Part shown: positions 40,840-50,133 of the stretch, in pieces
Layout of the letters: each line of letters starts with the position of its first letter
How positions within the stretch are numbered: position 1 is the stretch's first letter
From: a bacterium
Lineage (GTDB): Bacteria; Electryoneota; Electryoneia; Electryoneales; Electryoneaceae
DNA: 64,000 nt
Direction of reading: 5' to 3'
Assembly: GCA_963675295.2 (NCBI GenBank)
Contig: CAXXKJ010000002.1
Span: 384,001 to 448,000 of the forward strand
Position numbers and translations under genes: made by a program
The notes under the pieces: model-generated
Seen by the model: the letters and a program-made list of their open reading frames with translations, nothing else
What the model was told of the DNA's origin: nothing
Database searches by the model: none

Positions 40840-41094
40840 CTACCTGTATACATCCTTCCGATGCCGAATCCGTGTCACGGTCAATTCTTCTGCGCCTTCA
40901 ACATACTCGTACACCACCCGGTGTTCGCCAGCGCGGATGCGATACAGGAAATCGGCTCTCTTGAGCTTGCGGTGGTTTGTCGGGAACGGATCACTCTCGA
41001 GCGCATCAATGGCTTGGTTGACACGTTCGACGAACTGTTGTGGCAGCTTCTTGTAATCGCGTAGTGCGGCGGATGTAAACGTGATGCGTGGCAT
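40840..41094 (-). CDS. RelE/ParE family toxin
   Basis: A.RDYKKL, YRIRAGEHRVVY, IRHRKDVYR. Confidence 0.9.
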   Translation of the reverse strand: MPRITFTSAALRDYKKLPQQFVERVNQAIDALESDPFPTNHRKLKRADFLYRIRAGEHRVVYEYVEGAEELTVTRIRHRKDVYR

Positions 41095-41111
41095 GGCTCG
41101 GTCGTGTTGGT

Positions 41112-41357
41112 TCACGCTTGCCGACGGATATCCTTCCACTCGTGCCGTGCCGGATCGGCCATTGCTTTGCGTGCCGCCGCCGCATCCGCCTTATCCAGCA
41201 TCGATTCCATCAGCTCGTAATCTTCCAACGGCACCAGCACACCGGCCACCTTCCCGCGACGGTGGATCTGAACCCGCACCTTGTTGTATTCGACACGGTT
41301 GAGCACGTCCCGTAGTTCGGACCGAAGCTCACTCGCCTGCATGCGTTCGCTGTTCAT
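41112..41357 (-). CDS. Phd/YefM family antitoxin
   Basis: ASELRSELRDVLNRV..RRGK..VLVPLEDYE. Confidence 0.88.
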   Translation of the reverse strand: MNSERMQASELRSELRDVLNRVEYNKVRVQIHRRGKVAGVLVPLEDYELMESMLDKADAAAARKAMADPARHEWKDIRRQA

Positions 41358-41361
41358 GGTT

Positions 41362-41404
41362 CGTACCTCATGTACATAAAGTCAATCTCGTACGAAACGT
41401 ACAA
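41362..41404. promoter_or_regulatory. Probable TA autoregulatory operator
   Basis: Four GTAC cores (CGTACC, TGTACA, CGTACG, CGTACA) just upstream of the antitoxin. Confidence 0.55.
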
Positions 41405-41528
41405 TACACCGTCGTGGAAATCAAGCGATACTGCAACAATTGTCGTTTCACCGTCGCAAACAGGCTACGTATCAACCGTTTTCCGTGTCGTCCGTGTATT
41501 CCGTGGTTCCATTTGGGTTGCCTGCCTC

Positions 41529-41593
41529 TTGACAACCCCGTCCAGATTCCGTATCATCAACTGAACATTTGTTCTGTCCTGGAACAGATGTCT
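41529..41593 (+). promoter_or_regulatory. Sigma70 promoter with two LexA-like boxes
   Basis: TTGACA-17 nt-TATCAT; GAAC-ATTT-GTTC at 41563-41574; GAAC-AGAT-GTCT at 41582-41593. Confidence 0.75.
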
Positions 41594-41625
41594 GCCGAAA
41601 TCCCACCAACCCGCCGACCCACCGT

Positions 41626-42702
41626 ATGCCCCTCGCCGTCCCGACATACAGCCTGTATTGGTTCCGCCGTCTCGCGCATTTCTTGCGACACGCGCCGGGC
41701 ATCGGTGTGATCATCACGCTGCTGGTGCGAGTTTTCTCTGGACCTCGAGGAGGCGGCGCATTCGTCAACGGACGCGCCGACTCTACAGGGCGACTTCCCG
41801 AGCCCCAAGCCCGGAGCCCCGAGCCCGTCATGGTGCCCGTGATAAGCCGGCGTCAGCCGGTTATCGCGGATCATCCGCCCTCTGATCTTGCCCGTGTTGG
41901 CTTTGACAACGCGGCTGATCAACACGCTAACCCGTCAACCGGATCTCAACGACCACGAATCCCATTCGTGGCAGCCCCTTCACCGCCGCCCGTCGACCGC
42001 CATCCGCAGCCGGTTTGTGAGCCCCAAGCCCGGAGCCCCGAGCCCGTTGTTGTTGACTCACAACTCACCACTCATCACTCATCCCTGTCCCTACCGACCG
42101 GCCTCGAGAACGGGTTCGCCCCGCTCCGCGACCATGGCCCCATCTACGATTCCAGCGGCGAGCCGGTTCCGCCGGAACTCCTTGACGAATACGGCCGCCT
42201 CAAACGTCCCAAGCCCAAACCCCGTAAGCGTTACAAGCGGGGTCAGGGACCGGGCGGACCGGGCGGTGGTTGGAATCGAGGGATGAAGTGGACAATCAAG
42301 CCGGATCGTAACCGGCTGATCTATCCGGAGTTGATCTGGCGGGAGAAGAACGGCTACCGCTCTGCGCACGCCGGTTTCGTTCGTTACGACCATTCAAAAC
42401 GGAGACAGGCGCAGGATTTAACAGCAAATGAACAGCCACGTTCTGTATCCCCAGTTCCCACAATTGACAGGAAGGATCCAAAGTGTCACGTTACCCGGAA
42501 AACACGATCAATTCCGGATTCGAAATCCGATTCTCTGCTGACCGTTCCTGTTCCAACTCCGGTGAACGGGTCGTTAATCTCTGGATCTCCCGACGATCTT
42601 GGTGTTTGTTTAATCTTTGCTTATTATTTCACATACCCTGTACTGGCCGCCGATGACAGGACCTCCAACGCCCACAGCTGTTATTGTCTGGGAGAAACGT
42701 CC
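41626..42702 (+). CDS. Hypothetical basic Pro-rich protein, paralog B; no stop before the in-frame cytochrome gene
   Basis: Shared domain at 42121-42387. Confidence 0.7.
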
Positions 42703-44586
42703 ATGCTCCGTACCACGAGTGCCAGGCATTTGTTGATAGTTATCCTGACGTTGCCGTTGACTCTGTTCGCGCAGAACTTGCCGACAGACACCTCGTCGCT
42801 CTTCGCCGGATCGGGTGTGTGCGCGAACTGTCACTCCTCAGACGGCTCGATCATGATGGAGAACAACAAGGACATTTCGCCGCCGACCACGTGGCGGTCG
42901 TCGATGATGGCAAACGCGGCGAAGGATCCGGTGTGGCAGGCGAAGGTGATGGCGGAGAATCAGGACAATCCGGCGTTGCAGGCGATTATCGAGGACAAGT
43001 GCACAACGTGCCACGCCCCGTTGGGCCGGACGCAGGCGATATATGACGGCGCGGACGGGTACACGTTCGATGAGGCGATGGGGTCGGCGTTGGCGCTGGA
43101 TGGGGTGAGCTGCACGTTGTGTCACCAGATCCAGGCGGACAACCTCGGCACCGAAGCTAGTTATTCTGGCGGGTATGAGATCGGGGACGAACACGTAATC
43201 TACGGGCCGTACCAGAACATCTTTCCGAACCCGATGATCAACCAGTCCGGATTCACGCCGACCTACGGCGAACACATCCGCGATTCCGAACTGTGCGGCA
43301 CCTGCCACACGTTGTTCACACCCTATGTCGACAACAACGGCAACATCGCCGGTGAATTCCCGGAACAGACACCGTACCTCGAATGGGAGAACTCGGACTA
43401 TCCGGGTGAGGGGATTGAGTGCCAGACGTGTCACGTACCGGAAACAACCACGCCGCAGGACATTTCGACGATGCCGCCGTGGCACACCGAAACGCACACG
43501 CCGTTCGGCAAGCATGAACTGGCCGGCGCGAACATGACGATGCTGGGTTTGATCCAGGACAACCTGTCGGAGTTGGGGATTACCGCGACGGACGCGCAGT
43601 TTGATGAAACGCTGGGTCACACCTCGGCGATGTTGCAGCGGGCGGCGTCCCTGCATGGCAGCTACGAGCTGATCGGGGACACACTGGTGGTGGATGTCGA
43701 GGTGCGCAGCCGGACGGGGCACAAGTTGCCGACAGGGATTCCGTTGCGTCGGATGTGGCTGCACGTGACGGCGCGGGATGAGGCGGGGAACGTGTTGTTC
43801 GAGTCGGGCGAATGGGACGGCGAGGGGCGGATTCCGGATGAGGACACACCATACGAAGTTCACCGTAACCGGATCGACGCCGAGGACGAAGTGCAGATTT
43901 ACGAAGGCGTGATGGGAGATGTGGATAACGAACGGACGTGGACGCTGCTACGAGCCGGGCAGTACCTGAAGGACAACCGGATTCCGCCGCGCGGCTTCGA
44001 CATCGATCACGAGAACTATGACGACACCGGAATTTTTGGCCGTGCGCGGTTCGACCGCAATTTCAACCGTGCGACAGGTCCGCAGACGACCGGCGTGGAC
44101 ATCGTCCAGTATCGCATGCCGGCTGCGGCAACGGTCGAGATCGAACTGGTGATGCAGACGTTGAATCCGAGGTTCATCGACGATCTGCTGACCCACACCG
44201 GCGACAAGGTCGATCAGTTCGCCGGAATGTACGCGGAAGCCGGGAATGAGCCGTACCAACTGGCGGAAATCGAGATCAGCCTGAGTCCGACGCACCGGTC
44301 AACGGACAGTTCGGAACCGCCGATGCGGGCACGGAACCTGCGGGTGTATCCGAACCCGGCGAACGCGAGCTCGATACTGGGATACGAGTTGCCGTACGCG
44401 CAGCAGGTGACGTTGCAGTTGTACACGGTGAACGGGCGGTTGGTGCAGACGATCCACCAGGGTGCGCAACGGGCGGGCGAACACGCGGTGTCGTTGAACA
44501 TCAACGGGCTGTCGTCCGGGATCTACCTCGCACGGATGAGCGGGCAGACGTGGCAGGCGGCGGAGCGGTTTGTGGTGTTGAAGTAA
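42703..44586 (+). CDS. Secreted pentaheme cytochrome c with C-terminal sorting domain
   Basis: GGAG RBS and signal peptide; CANCH, CTTCH, CTLCH, CGTCH, CQTCH; DNRIPPRGF; YPNPAN C-terminal domain. Confidence 0.85.
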   Translation: MLRTTSARHLLIVILTLPLTLFAQNLPTDTSSLFAGSGVCANCHSSDGSIMMENNKDISPPTTWRSSMMANAAKDPVWQAKVMAENQDNPALQAIIEDKCTTCHAPLGRTQAIYDGADGYTFDEAMGSALALDGVSCTLCHQIQADNLGTEASYSGGYEIGDEHVIYGPYQNIFPNPMINQSGFTPTYGEHIRDSELCGTCHTLFTPYVDNNGNIAGEFPEQTPYLEWENSDYPGEGIECQTCHVPETTTPQDISTMPPWHTETHTPFGKHELAGANMTMLGLIQDNLSELGITATDAQFDETLGHTSAMLQRAASLHGSYELIGDTLVVDVEVRSRTGHKLPTGIPLRRMWLHVTARDEAGNVLFESGEWDGEGRIPDEDTPYEVHRNRIDAEDEVQIYEGVMGDVDNERTWTLLRAGQYLKDNRIPPRGFDIDHENYDDTGIFGRARFDRNFNRATGPQTTGVDIVQYRMPAAATVEIELVMQTLNPRFIDDLLTHTGDKVDQFAGMYAEAGNEPYQLAEIEISLSPTHRSTDSSEPPMRARNLRVYPNPANASSILGYELPYAQQVTLQLYTVNGRLVQTIHQGAQRAGEHAVSLNINGLSSGIYLARMSGQTWQAAERFVVLK

Positions 44587-44669
44587 GCTTGGACAGAGCG
44601 GGTATTAAACAGGGCCGGATCAGACGATCCGGCCCGTTGTGTTTCGAGTGGCGAGGTGCTGGCAAACGG

Positions 44670-45767
44670 TCAACCGAACATTTCCTGCAGGGCGGACTCG
44701 AGGACGTCCATCTCCTCCGGCGTGCCGATGGTGATGCGGACGCAATGCGGCAGCCGGAACGGGATCATCGGGCGGGCGATGATGCCGAATTTGAGCAGGT
44801 CGTCGCTGACCGCGGCGGCTCGTTCGGCGGACTCGAACACGACGAGCGTGAAGTTCGCGATGCTGTCGGTGTGAGTCAGGCGCAGCTTGTCGAGCAGCGT
44901 GTGCAGGCGTTCCATACCCTGACGGTTGGTGCGGAGCGTGGTCTCGAGAAACTCGGTGTCGTCCAGCGCGGCGACGCCGCCCATTTCGCTGAGGATCGCC
45001 GGTTCGAACGGCAGCTTGACCTTAAGGATGTTGGTGATGATTTCCGGGTCCGCGACGCCGTAGCCGATCCGTGCGGCGGCCATGCCGTACGCCTTGGAAA
45101 ACGTGCGCATGGTGATCAGTTGCGGGTGCCGGGTCGTGAGCGAATCCGGGTAATCGGTGGCGAGATCGCGGCCGTATTCGTAGTAGGCTTCGTCCATGAT
45201 GACCAGCACGCCCTTGGGCAGTTTCTGCAGGAAGTTGCGCCAGGCCTGGTCGCGGAACGCGGTCCCGGTCGGGTTGTTCGGGTTGGCGATGTAGATCAGT
45301 TTCGTCGCCGGGGTGATCGCGTCGAGGAGGGCGTCCAGGTCGTACGTGTAATCCGGGGTCAGCGGGACGGTGGTGACCATGAGGTTCATGGCGTTCGCGA
45401 TGACGTAGAAGCCGATGAACGTACCCTCGGCGGTGACGACCTCGTCACCGGCCTGCAGGTAGGCACGCATGGCGGCGAGCAGAATGCCTTCGCTGCCGGC
45501 GCCGACCGCGACTTCGTCCAGGCCGATGTTGTAGTGCGCGGCCAGTTTTTCGCGCAGCCGCAGGCCGGTGCGTGGGTAACGGCTGACGTCCTTTGCGGCT
45601 TCGATCATCGCTTCGACGGCTTTCGGCGAGGATCCGAGCGGGTTTTCGTTGGACGCGAGCTTGATGATGCGTTCGAGGCCGAACTCTTCGCGGATTTCTT
45701 CGATCGAACGGCCGGGCTGGTACGGTTTCAGGGCTTGGATGTGCGCGGGTACGGGCGGGGTTTTCAC
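44670..45767 (-). CDS. hisC: Histidinol-phosphate aminotransferase
   Basis: KLASNENPLG, ANPNNPTG, DEAYYEY, RTFSKAYG..RIGY. Confidence 0.92.
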   Translation of the reverse strand: MKTPPVPAHIQALKPYQPGRSIEEIREEFGLERIIKLASNENPLGSSPKAVEAMIEAAKDVSRYPRTGLRLREKLAAHYNIGLDEVAVGAGSEGILLAAMRAYLQAGDEVVTAEGTFIGFYVIANAMNLMVTTVPLTPDYTYDLDALLDAITPATKLIYIANPNNPTGTAFRDQAWRNFLQKLPKGVLVIMDEAYYEYGRDLATDYPDSLTTRHPQLITMRTFSKAYGMAAARIGYGVADPEIITNILKVKLPFEPAILSEMGGVAALDDTEFLETTLRTNRQGMERLHTLLDKLRLTHTDSIANFTLVVFESAERAAAVSDDLLKFGIIARPMIPFRLPHCVRITIGTPEEMDVLESALQEMFG

Positions 45768-45993
45768 CGAACGGTCCTTTGTGTTGACGGTTGTCCGGGT
45801 TGGGACGCACCCGGAGCCGGGCTGTCGTGCAATTGTGAGCGGGGACAGGACGTGAAATACGGAGTCCGTCCGCGCTCAGAATCGGGGGTTCCGAAAGGTA
45901 GGCGCGGGGGCTGGAACGGGCAACTCGGGCGGGAGACGGGCGGATAATCCGCGGTAGTGAAACGACGCTACCGCGGGCATCTGCTTCTGATCC

Positions 45994-47850
45994 TCATTTC
46001 ATCAGGGTCACCTTCTCGATGGCGTTCAGCCTACCCGGTACCGTGGCTTGGATGAAATACAGGCCGCTGGACAGATGGGACGCGTCAAAGGTCAGGCTGT
46101 GTGTCCCGGCGTTGAACGATCCGTCCGCGAGGGTCGCCACCTGCTGGCCGGTGACGTTGTACACGTTGACCGTCAGCTCGGCCGTTTCCGGGAGATTTAC
46201 GCTGATTGAGGTGGTCGGATTGAACGGGTTCGGATACGCCGTGCCGAGGCTGAAGCTGGCGGGCAGCGAAGCGTCGGCCTGTTCGGACGCATATGTCGCC
46301 GGGCTCTGGTCGTGGAAGGTGAGCTGAACGGCACGTTCCCAGTCAACGTTTTCCCAATCCGTGACGGCGTTCGGGGCAGCGACGATGTCCTTTTCAAACT
46401 CGTAGGAGTCGAGGGCTTCAATAATCCATGGGTAGGATCCGCCGTACAGGGTGATGCGGTAATGTCCCGGCGGGGCGGACGAGTGGATACTTGCGTTGGC
46501 ATAGACGGTGATGTTGTTGTTTGCGGGTAGACTCGCGTTGACTCGTCGATTGAGATTCACTGAATTGTAGGAATCCAGGTGAGTCAGGTTGATCCAGAAG
46601 TCGGCGTTCCGTTGCGGGCCTTCGTTGAAAATGTCGATCTGGTTGAACCAGTTCGCGCCGATTGCGGGCACAACGAGGCCGCCGATGCCGATCGGGAAGA
46701 TGTTCACGTTCAGCGACTGGGCGGTGATATCGAGTTTGATCGCGACCGCCTGGGAGCCGTCGTAGACCCCCGCGCCGATGACGTCGTTGTTGCTGTCCAG
46801 GGCATAGCCGAGCATCAGTTCGGACTCGATGTCGCCGAAGAAATCGACACGATCCACATCCCCGAGCTCGTTCACCTGGTACAGCATCATATCGTGGTTC
46901 ACTCCCTGGGTTTGCTGGCCGTAGCCCCCGATGAAGAAGCCGCCGTAGGGATTGATTCCGATCCACGTAGCGACTTCGGCTTCGGGATCGTTGCCGTAGT
47001 TTCGCATCCAGCGGACGATATTGTCCGGGGCCAGACGGATCGCCCAGGCGTCAAACTGTGCCCCGTTCGGCAAGTCGCCGCCAACCGCCATGCAATCGCC
47101 ATTCGGCGCTTCGGTGATGCCTTCGATGTAGCCGTAGTCGGTGAGTTGATTGGTGTAGGACCAGTCGATGCTGCCGAAGCTGTTGAGCCGCATCACCCAC
47201 TGCTGCGGGACAAAGTTGTCGTAGACATTGCCGCCGGTGTAGAACCCACCGTCAGCGCGTTGCACGACATCGGTAATCATCGAGGTCAACGGGCCTTGCT
47301 GCGTGTAGTAATGTTCCCATTCCATCTGGAAGCTGCTGTTGATGTAGAACAGGTAGCCCTGCGAATCGACGGCTCCGGCGATGACATAGCCGCCGCCGGC
47401 AAGGGGTTCGATGGAGGTCGCGGTGTTGTTTGTTCCGGGGGACCAGGTGCGGGTGCCGAGGTCAAACCCGTTCTGATCGAATTGCGAGAGCACGATGTAG
47501 GTTTGGCCGGTGCTCATGTTTGTGGCGTTGCCGACGGCGAGGTACTCGGTGGTGATTCCGTTCACGGTGCAAATGTCGCGGAACTCGATGCGGATGTTGG
47601 CCAGGGACACGGTGTGTTCCCAGAGGATGGTGCCCTGCGTGCTGAGCCGTGCGGCGTACCCCATGGATGGTGTGCCGACAGCGTTCTGCACGCCGGCGCC
47701 GATCATGCCGTCGTCAAAGCTGGCGATTGTTGCATTAAACAGCCGGTTGTCCGCGCCAGACAGATTCGTCATCCAGTTCAGGGTGGGTTGGGCGATTGCT
47801 GATGACAGCGTCAGGATTGCGGTTACAAATAACAGTGTCAGGTGTCTCAT
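45994..47850 (-). CDS. Secreted beta-propeller-like protein with C-terminal sorting domain
   Basis: Signal peptide; DGG...G repeats; AYPNPFNPTT C-terminal domain. Confidence 0.8.
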   Translation of the reverse strand: MRHLTLLFVTAILTLSSAIAQPTLNWMTNLSGADNRLFNATIASFDDGMIGAGVQNAVGTPSMGYAARLSTQGTILWEHTVSLANIRIEFRDICTVNGITTEYLAVGNATNMSTGQTYIVLSQFDQNGFDLGTRTWSPGTNNTATSIEPLAGGGYVIAGAVDSQGYLFYINSSFQMEWEHYYTQQGPLTSMITDVVQRADGGFYTGGNVYDNFVPQQWVMRLNSFGSIDWSYTNQLTDYGYIEGITEAPNGDCMAVGGDLPNGAQFDAWAIRLAPDNIVRWMRNYGNDPEAEVATWIGINPYGGFFIGGYGQQTQGVNHDMMLYQVNELGDVDRVDFFGDIESELMLGYALDSNNDVIGAGVYDGSQAVAIKLDITAQSLNVNIFPIGIGGLVVPAIGANWFNQIDIFNEGPQRNADFWINLTHLDSYNSVNLNRRVNASLPANNNITVYANASIHSSAPPGHYRITLYGGSYPWIIEALDSYEFEKDIVAAPNAVTDWENVDWERAVQLTFHDQSPATYASEQADASLPASFSLGTAYPNPFNPTTSISVNLPETAELTVNVYNVTGQQVATLADGSFNAGTHSLTFDASHLSSGLYFIQATVPGRLNAIEKVTLMK

Positions 47851-48025
47851 GATTCTCCCTCTGTTCAACTGGCAGCCGGGTTCGTGCGGTATCCGGTAGC
47901 CGGCATTTGTTAGGTTCGCCGAACAAGATCGCTGGTGTGGGGGTGGGATGGTGTGCGATGTGTCACTTTGACGGGGTTGTCATCGGCTGATGTGATGGGT
48001 GTCAACGGGGTGCGGGTGGACGGTT

Positions 48026-48210
48026 GCGGATGAGCCGCGTTGTCAGAGCCAACACGGGCAAGACCATGTGCGGATCAGTCCTGCGAACCGCCGAAACGGG
48101 CCGGCAGGATACAGGGACAATCACGGGCGGATGAGCCACGACATGAATGTCGTGGGCATGTTGCGAAATGAGACCGGGACACTTTAGAGACAAAATGTCC
48201 CCGGTCTGGC
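48026..48210. repeat. REP-like palindrome cluster (reverse orientation)
   Basis: CCGCGTTGTCAGAGCCAACACGGGCAAG; CCACGACATGAATGTCGTGGGCA; GGGACAC..TGTCCCC. Confidence 0.8.
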
Positions 48211-48228
48211 GCTGTTCCCAGGAAATAA

Positions 48229-49191
48229 TCAATCGTGATGGACGGTCATGGCTGCGCGGGTTTCGTCGACGAGGCGGTGGACAAGGTCTGCTGCGGACGG
48301 GATGTCACGGATCAAACCCGAGCCCTGCCCGGCCTCGACCTGGCCTTCGTCGAGGTCGCCTTCGAAAATGCCGAGGCGTTCGCGTTTCGTACCCAACAAC
48401 TCGCGCAATTCCTCGACCGAGGCACCGCGTTGTTCGGCGGCGGCGATGCGTTCGGTCCATGCGTTGCGGACCATGCGTGCCGGGCCGATCTGTTTCAGGT
48501 GGAAGACAGTGTCGCGGTCGGATGCGTTGACGACGGCCTGCTTGTAGTTGTCGTGCGCGCTGGATTCGACGGTTGCGGCGAAGCGTGTGCCGATCTGAAC
48601 ACCGTCCGCGCCGAGCAGGATGGCGGCGGCGATCTGGCGGCCGTCCGCGATGCCCCCGGCGGCGAGGACGGGGATCTGGACGGCGTCCGCGACCTGCGGG
48701 ATCAGCGCCATGGTGGTGATCATGTCGACGCCGTTGTGGCCACCGGCCTCGAAGCCTTCCGCAACGACCGCGTCACAGCCCGCCGCCTCAACCTTTTTCG
48801 CCAGAGTAACCGACGGGACGACGTGCACGACTTTAATACCGTGTTCGTGGAACGTGGGCGTGAATTTCTTCGGTGATCCGGCGGAGGTGAACACGACGGG
48901 GACCTTGTGGTCAAGCACGACCTGGACCAGGTCTTCGGCGTCCCCGCGCAGCAATGGAATGTTGACGCCGAACGGTTTGTCCGTCTGGGATTGGGCTTTG
49001 CGGATGTGGTCGGCGAGCAGGTCCGGTTTCATCGATCCGGACCCGATCAGGCCGAGCCCGCCGGCGTTGGAAGCCGCAGCGGCGAGTTTCGCGCCGGAGA
49101 CCCAGACCATGCCGGCCTGGATGATGGGGTACTCAATGCCGAAGAGTGTCTGGATGCGTGTGCCGGTGAAGGGCCAAATATGTTGGGACAT
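48229..49191 (-). CDS. Nitronate monooxygenase/FabK-like flavoprotein
   Basis: YPIIQAGM, EGFEAGGH, AAGGIADG, GVQIGTRF. Confidence 0.9.
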   Translation of the reverse strand: MSQHIWPFTGTRIQTLFGIEYPIIQAGMVWVSGAKLAAAASNAGGLGLIGSGSMKPDLLADHIRKAQSQTDKPFGVNIPLLRGDAEDLVQVVLDHKVPVVFTSAGSPKKFTPTFHEHGIKVVHVVPSVTLAKKVEAAGCDAVVAEGFEAGGHNGVDMITTMALIPQVADAVQIPVLAAGGIADGRQIAAAILLGADGVQIGTRFAATVESSAHDNYKQAVVNASDRDTVFHLKQIGPARMVRNAWTERIAAAEQRGASVEELRELLGTKRERLGIFEGDLDEGQVEAGQGSGLIRDIPSAADLVHRLVDETRAAMTVHHD

Positions 49192-49242
49192 GGTTCGCAC
49201 CGTGATGGATGAAAGACGATGTGTGTCGTTCAGTTATGGATA

Positions 49243-49340
49243 ACCCCAGACATGAATGTCTGGGGCATGAAAGTAAGGGTGAATCATCCGCAACGTGATT
49301 GTCATCGGTATACTTACCACGGACTTAAGTCCGTGGTAAT
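49243..49340. repeat. REP-like palindromes
   Basis: CCCCAGACATGAATGTCTGGGG; CCACGGACTTAAGTCCGTGG. Confidence 0.8.
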
Positions 49341-49420
49341 GGATAGTGATCGGAGGATAGTGATCGGATTCCGGAAAACGGGTCAACAGAATCAGCTAAA
49401 CGTGTGATCGGATTCCGATA

Positions 49421-49840
49421 TCAGGCTCCGGCGAACTCGTCCCGGCGTTTTTCGCGGAACAGCTCCTGCAGCTTCATGCGTTGGCTGGCGAGCTCGGCGT
49501 GGGTTTGCTCGAGCCGAGTGAGGAAGCCGCGTGTGCGTGAATCCTCGAGCGCATCCCGGCGGTCTTCACCGACGCGGAGGTAGAACACCAGCTTGCCGAG
49601 GCGTTTGTACAGAGTACGCAGACGCAGGCGCAGGTGGGTGATCTCGATCTGGATGACCAGCCGGACCATCACATTTTCGATACGTGTCAACCCTCGTCCG
49701 AGCATACGTCCCGCCCTGTTCAGCCACCGTTCCCAGCCAGTCATCCGGTCCATGCGGCCGTACGCATACGGGTCGCCGTTCCCGAGGATGGTTCTGCTGT
49801 GTTCCTCGCTGAACTGGGTGTCGCGGAAGGTTTGTGGCAT
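49421..49840 (-). CDS. Hypothetical helical protein
   Basis: Basic coiled-coil-like ORF with AAGGA RBS. Confidence 0.55.
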   Translation of the reverse strand: MPQTFRDTQFSEEHSRTILGNGDPYAYGRMDRMTGWERWLNRAGRMLGRGLTRIENVMVRLVIQIEITHLRLRLRTLYKRLGKLVFYLRVGEDRRDALEDSRTRGFLTRLEQTHAELASQRMKLQELFREKRRDEFAGA

Positions 49841-50133
49841 GGTCACGTCCTTGCGTTCAAGTGAATCTCAACCCCACAGGAATATACAAACAGGAAGGGG
49901 GGTGGAGGGTGACCGGGTTCGCCTCCGGTTGGCGGGGTATCGATAGGCGATGTGAGGTCGGTGAATTCGTTGTATTGTCCGGTGAAAGCCTCTATTTTCA
50001 GCGGGTGGCGAGAGGTGGGACACCCGGGTCGCAAGACGACCCGGGCCAACCGGCTATTCTGGTTACGGAACAAACGAACAAACATAGACGATATCGGGGC
50101 GCAGGGAGATTTCGGCGCGCAAGGAGATTCAGG

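Noticed and set aside
42241-42282. GPGG motif as a release-factor GGQ loop
   Set aside because: The catalytic Gln and the surrounding release-factor fold pattern are absent
41569-44586. Single 1005-aa cytochrome
   Set aside because: An internal RBS and signal peptide at 42703, and the paralog at 30612 lacks the N-terminal part; treated as two genes
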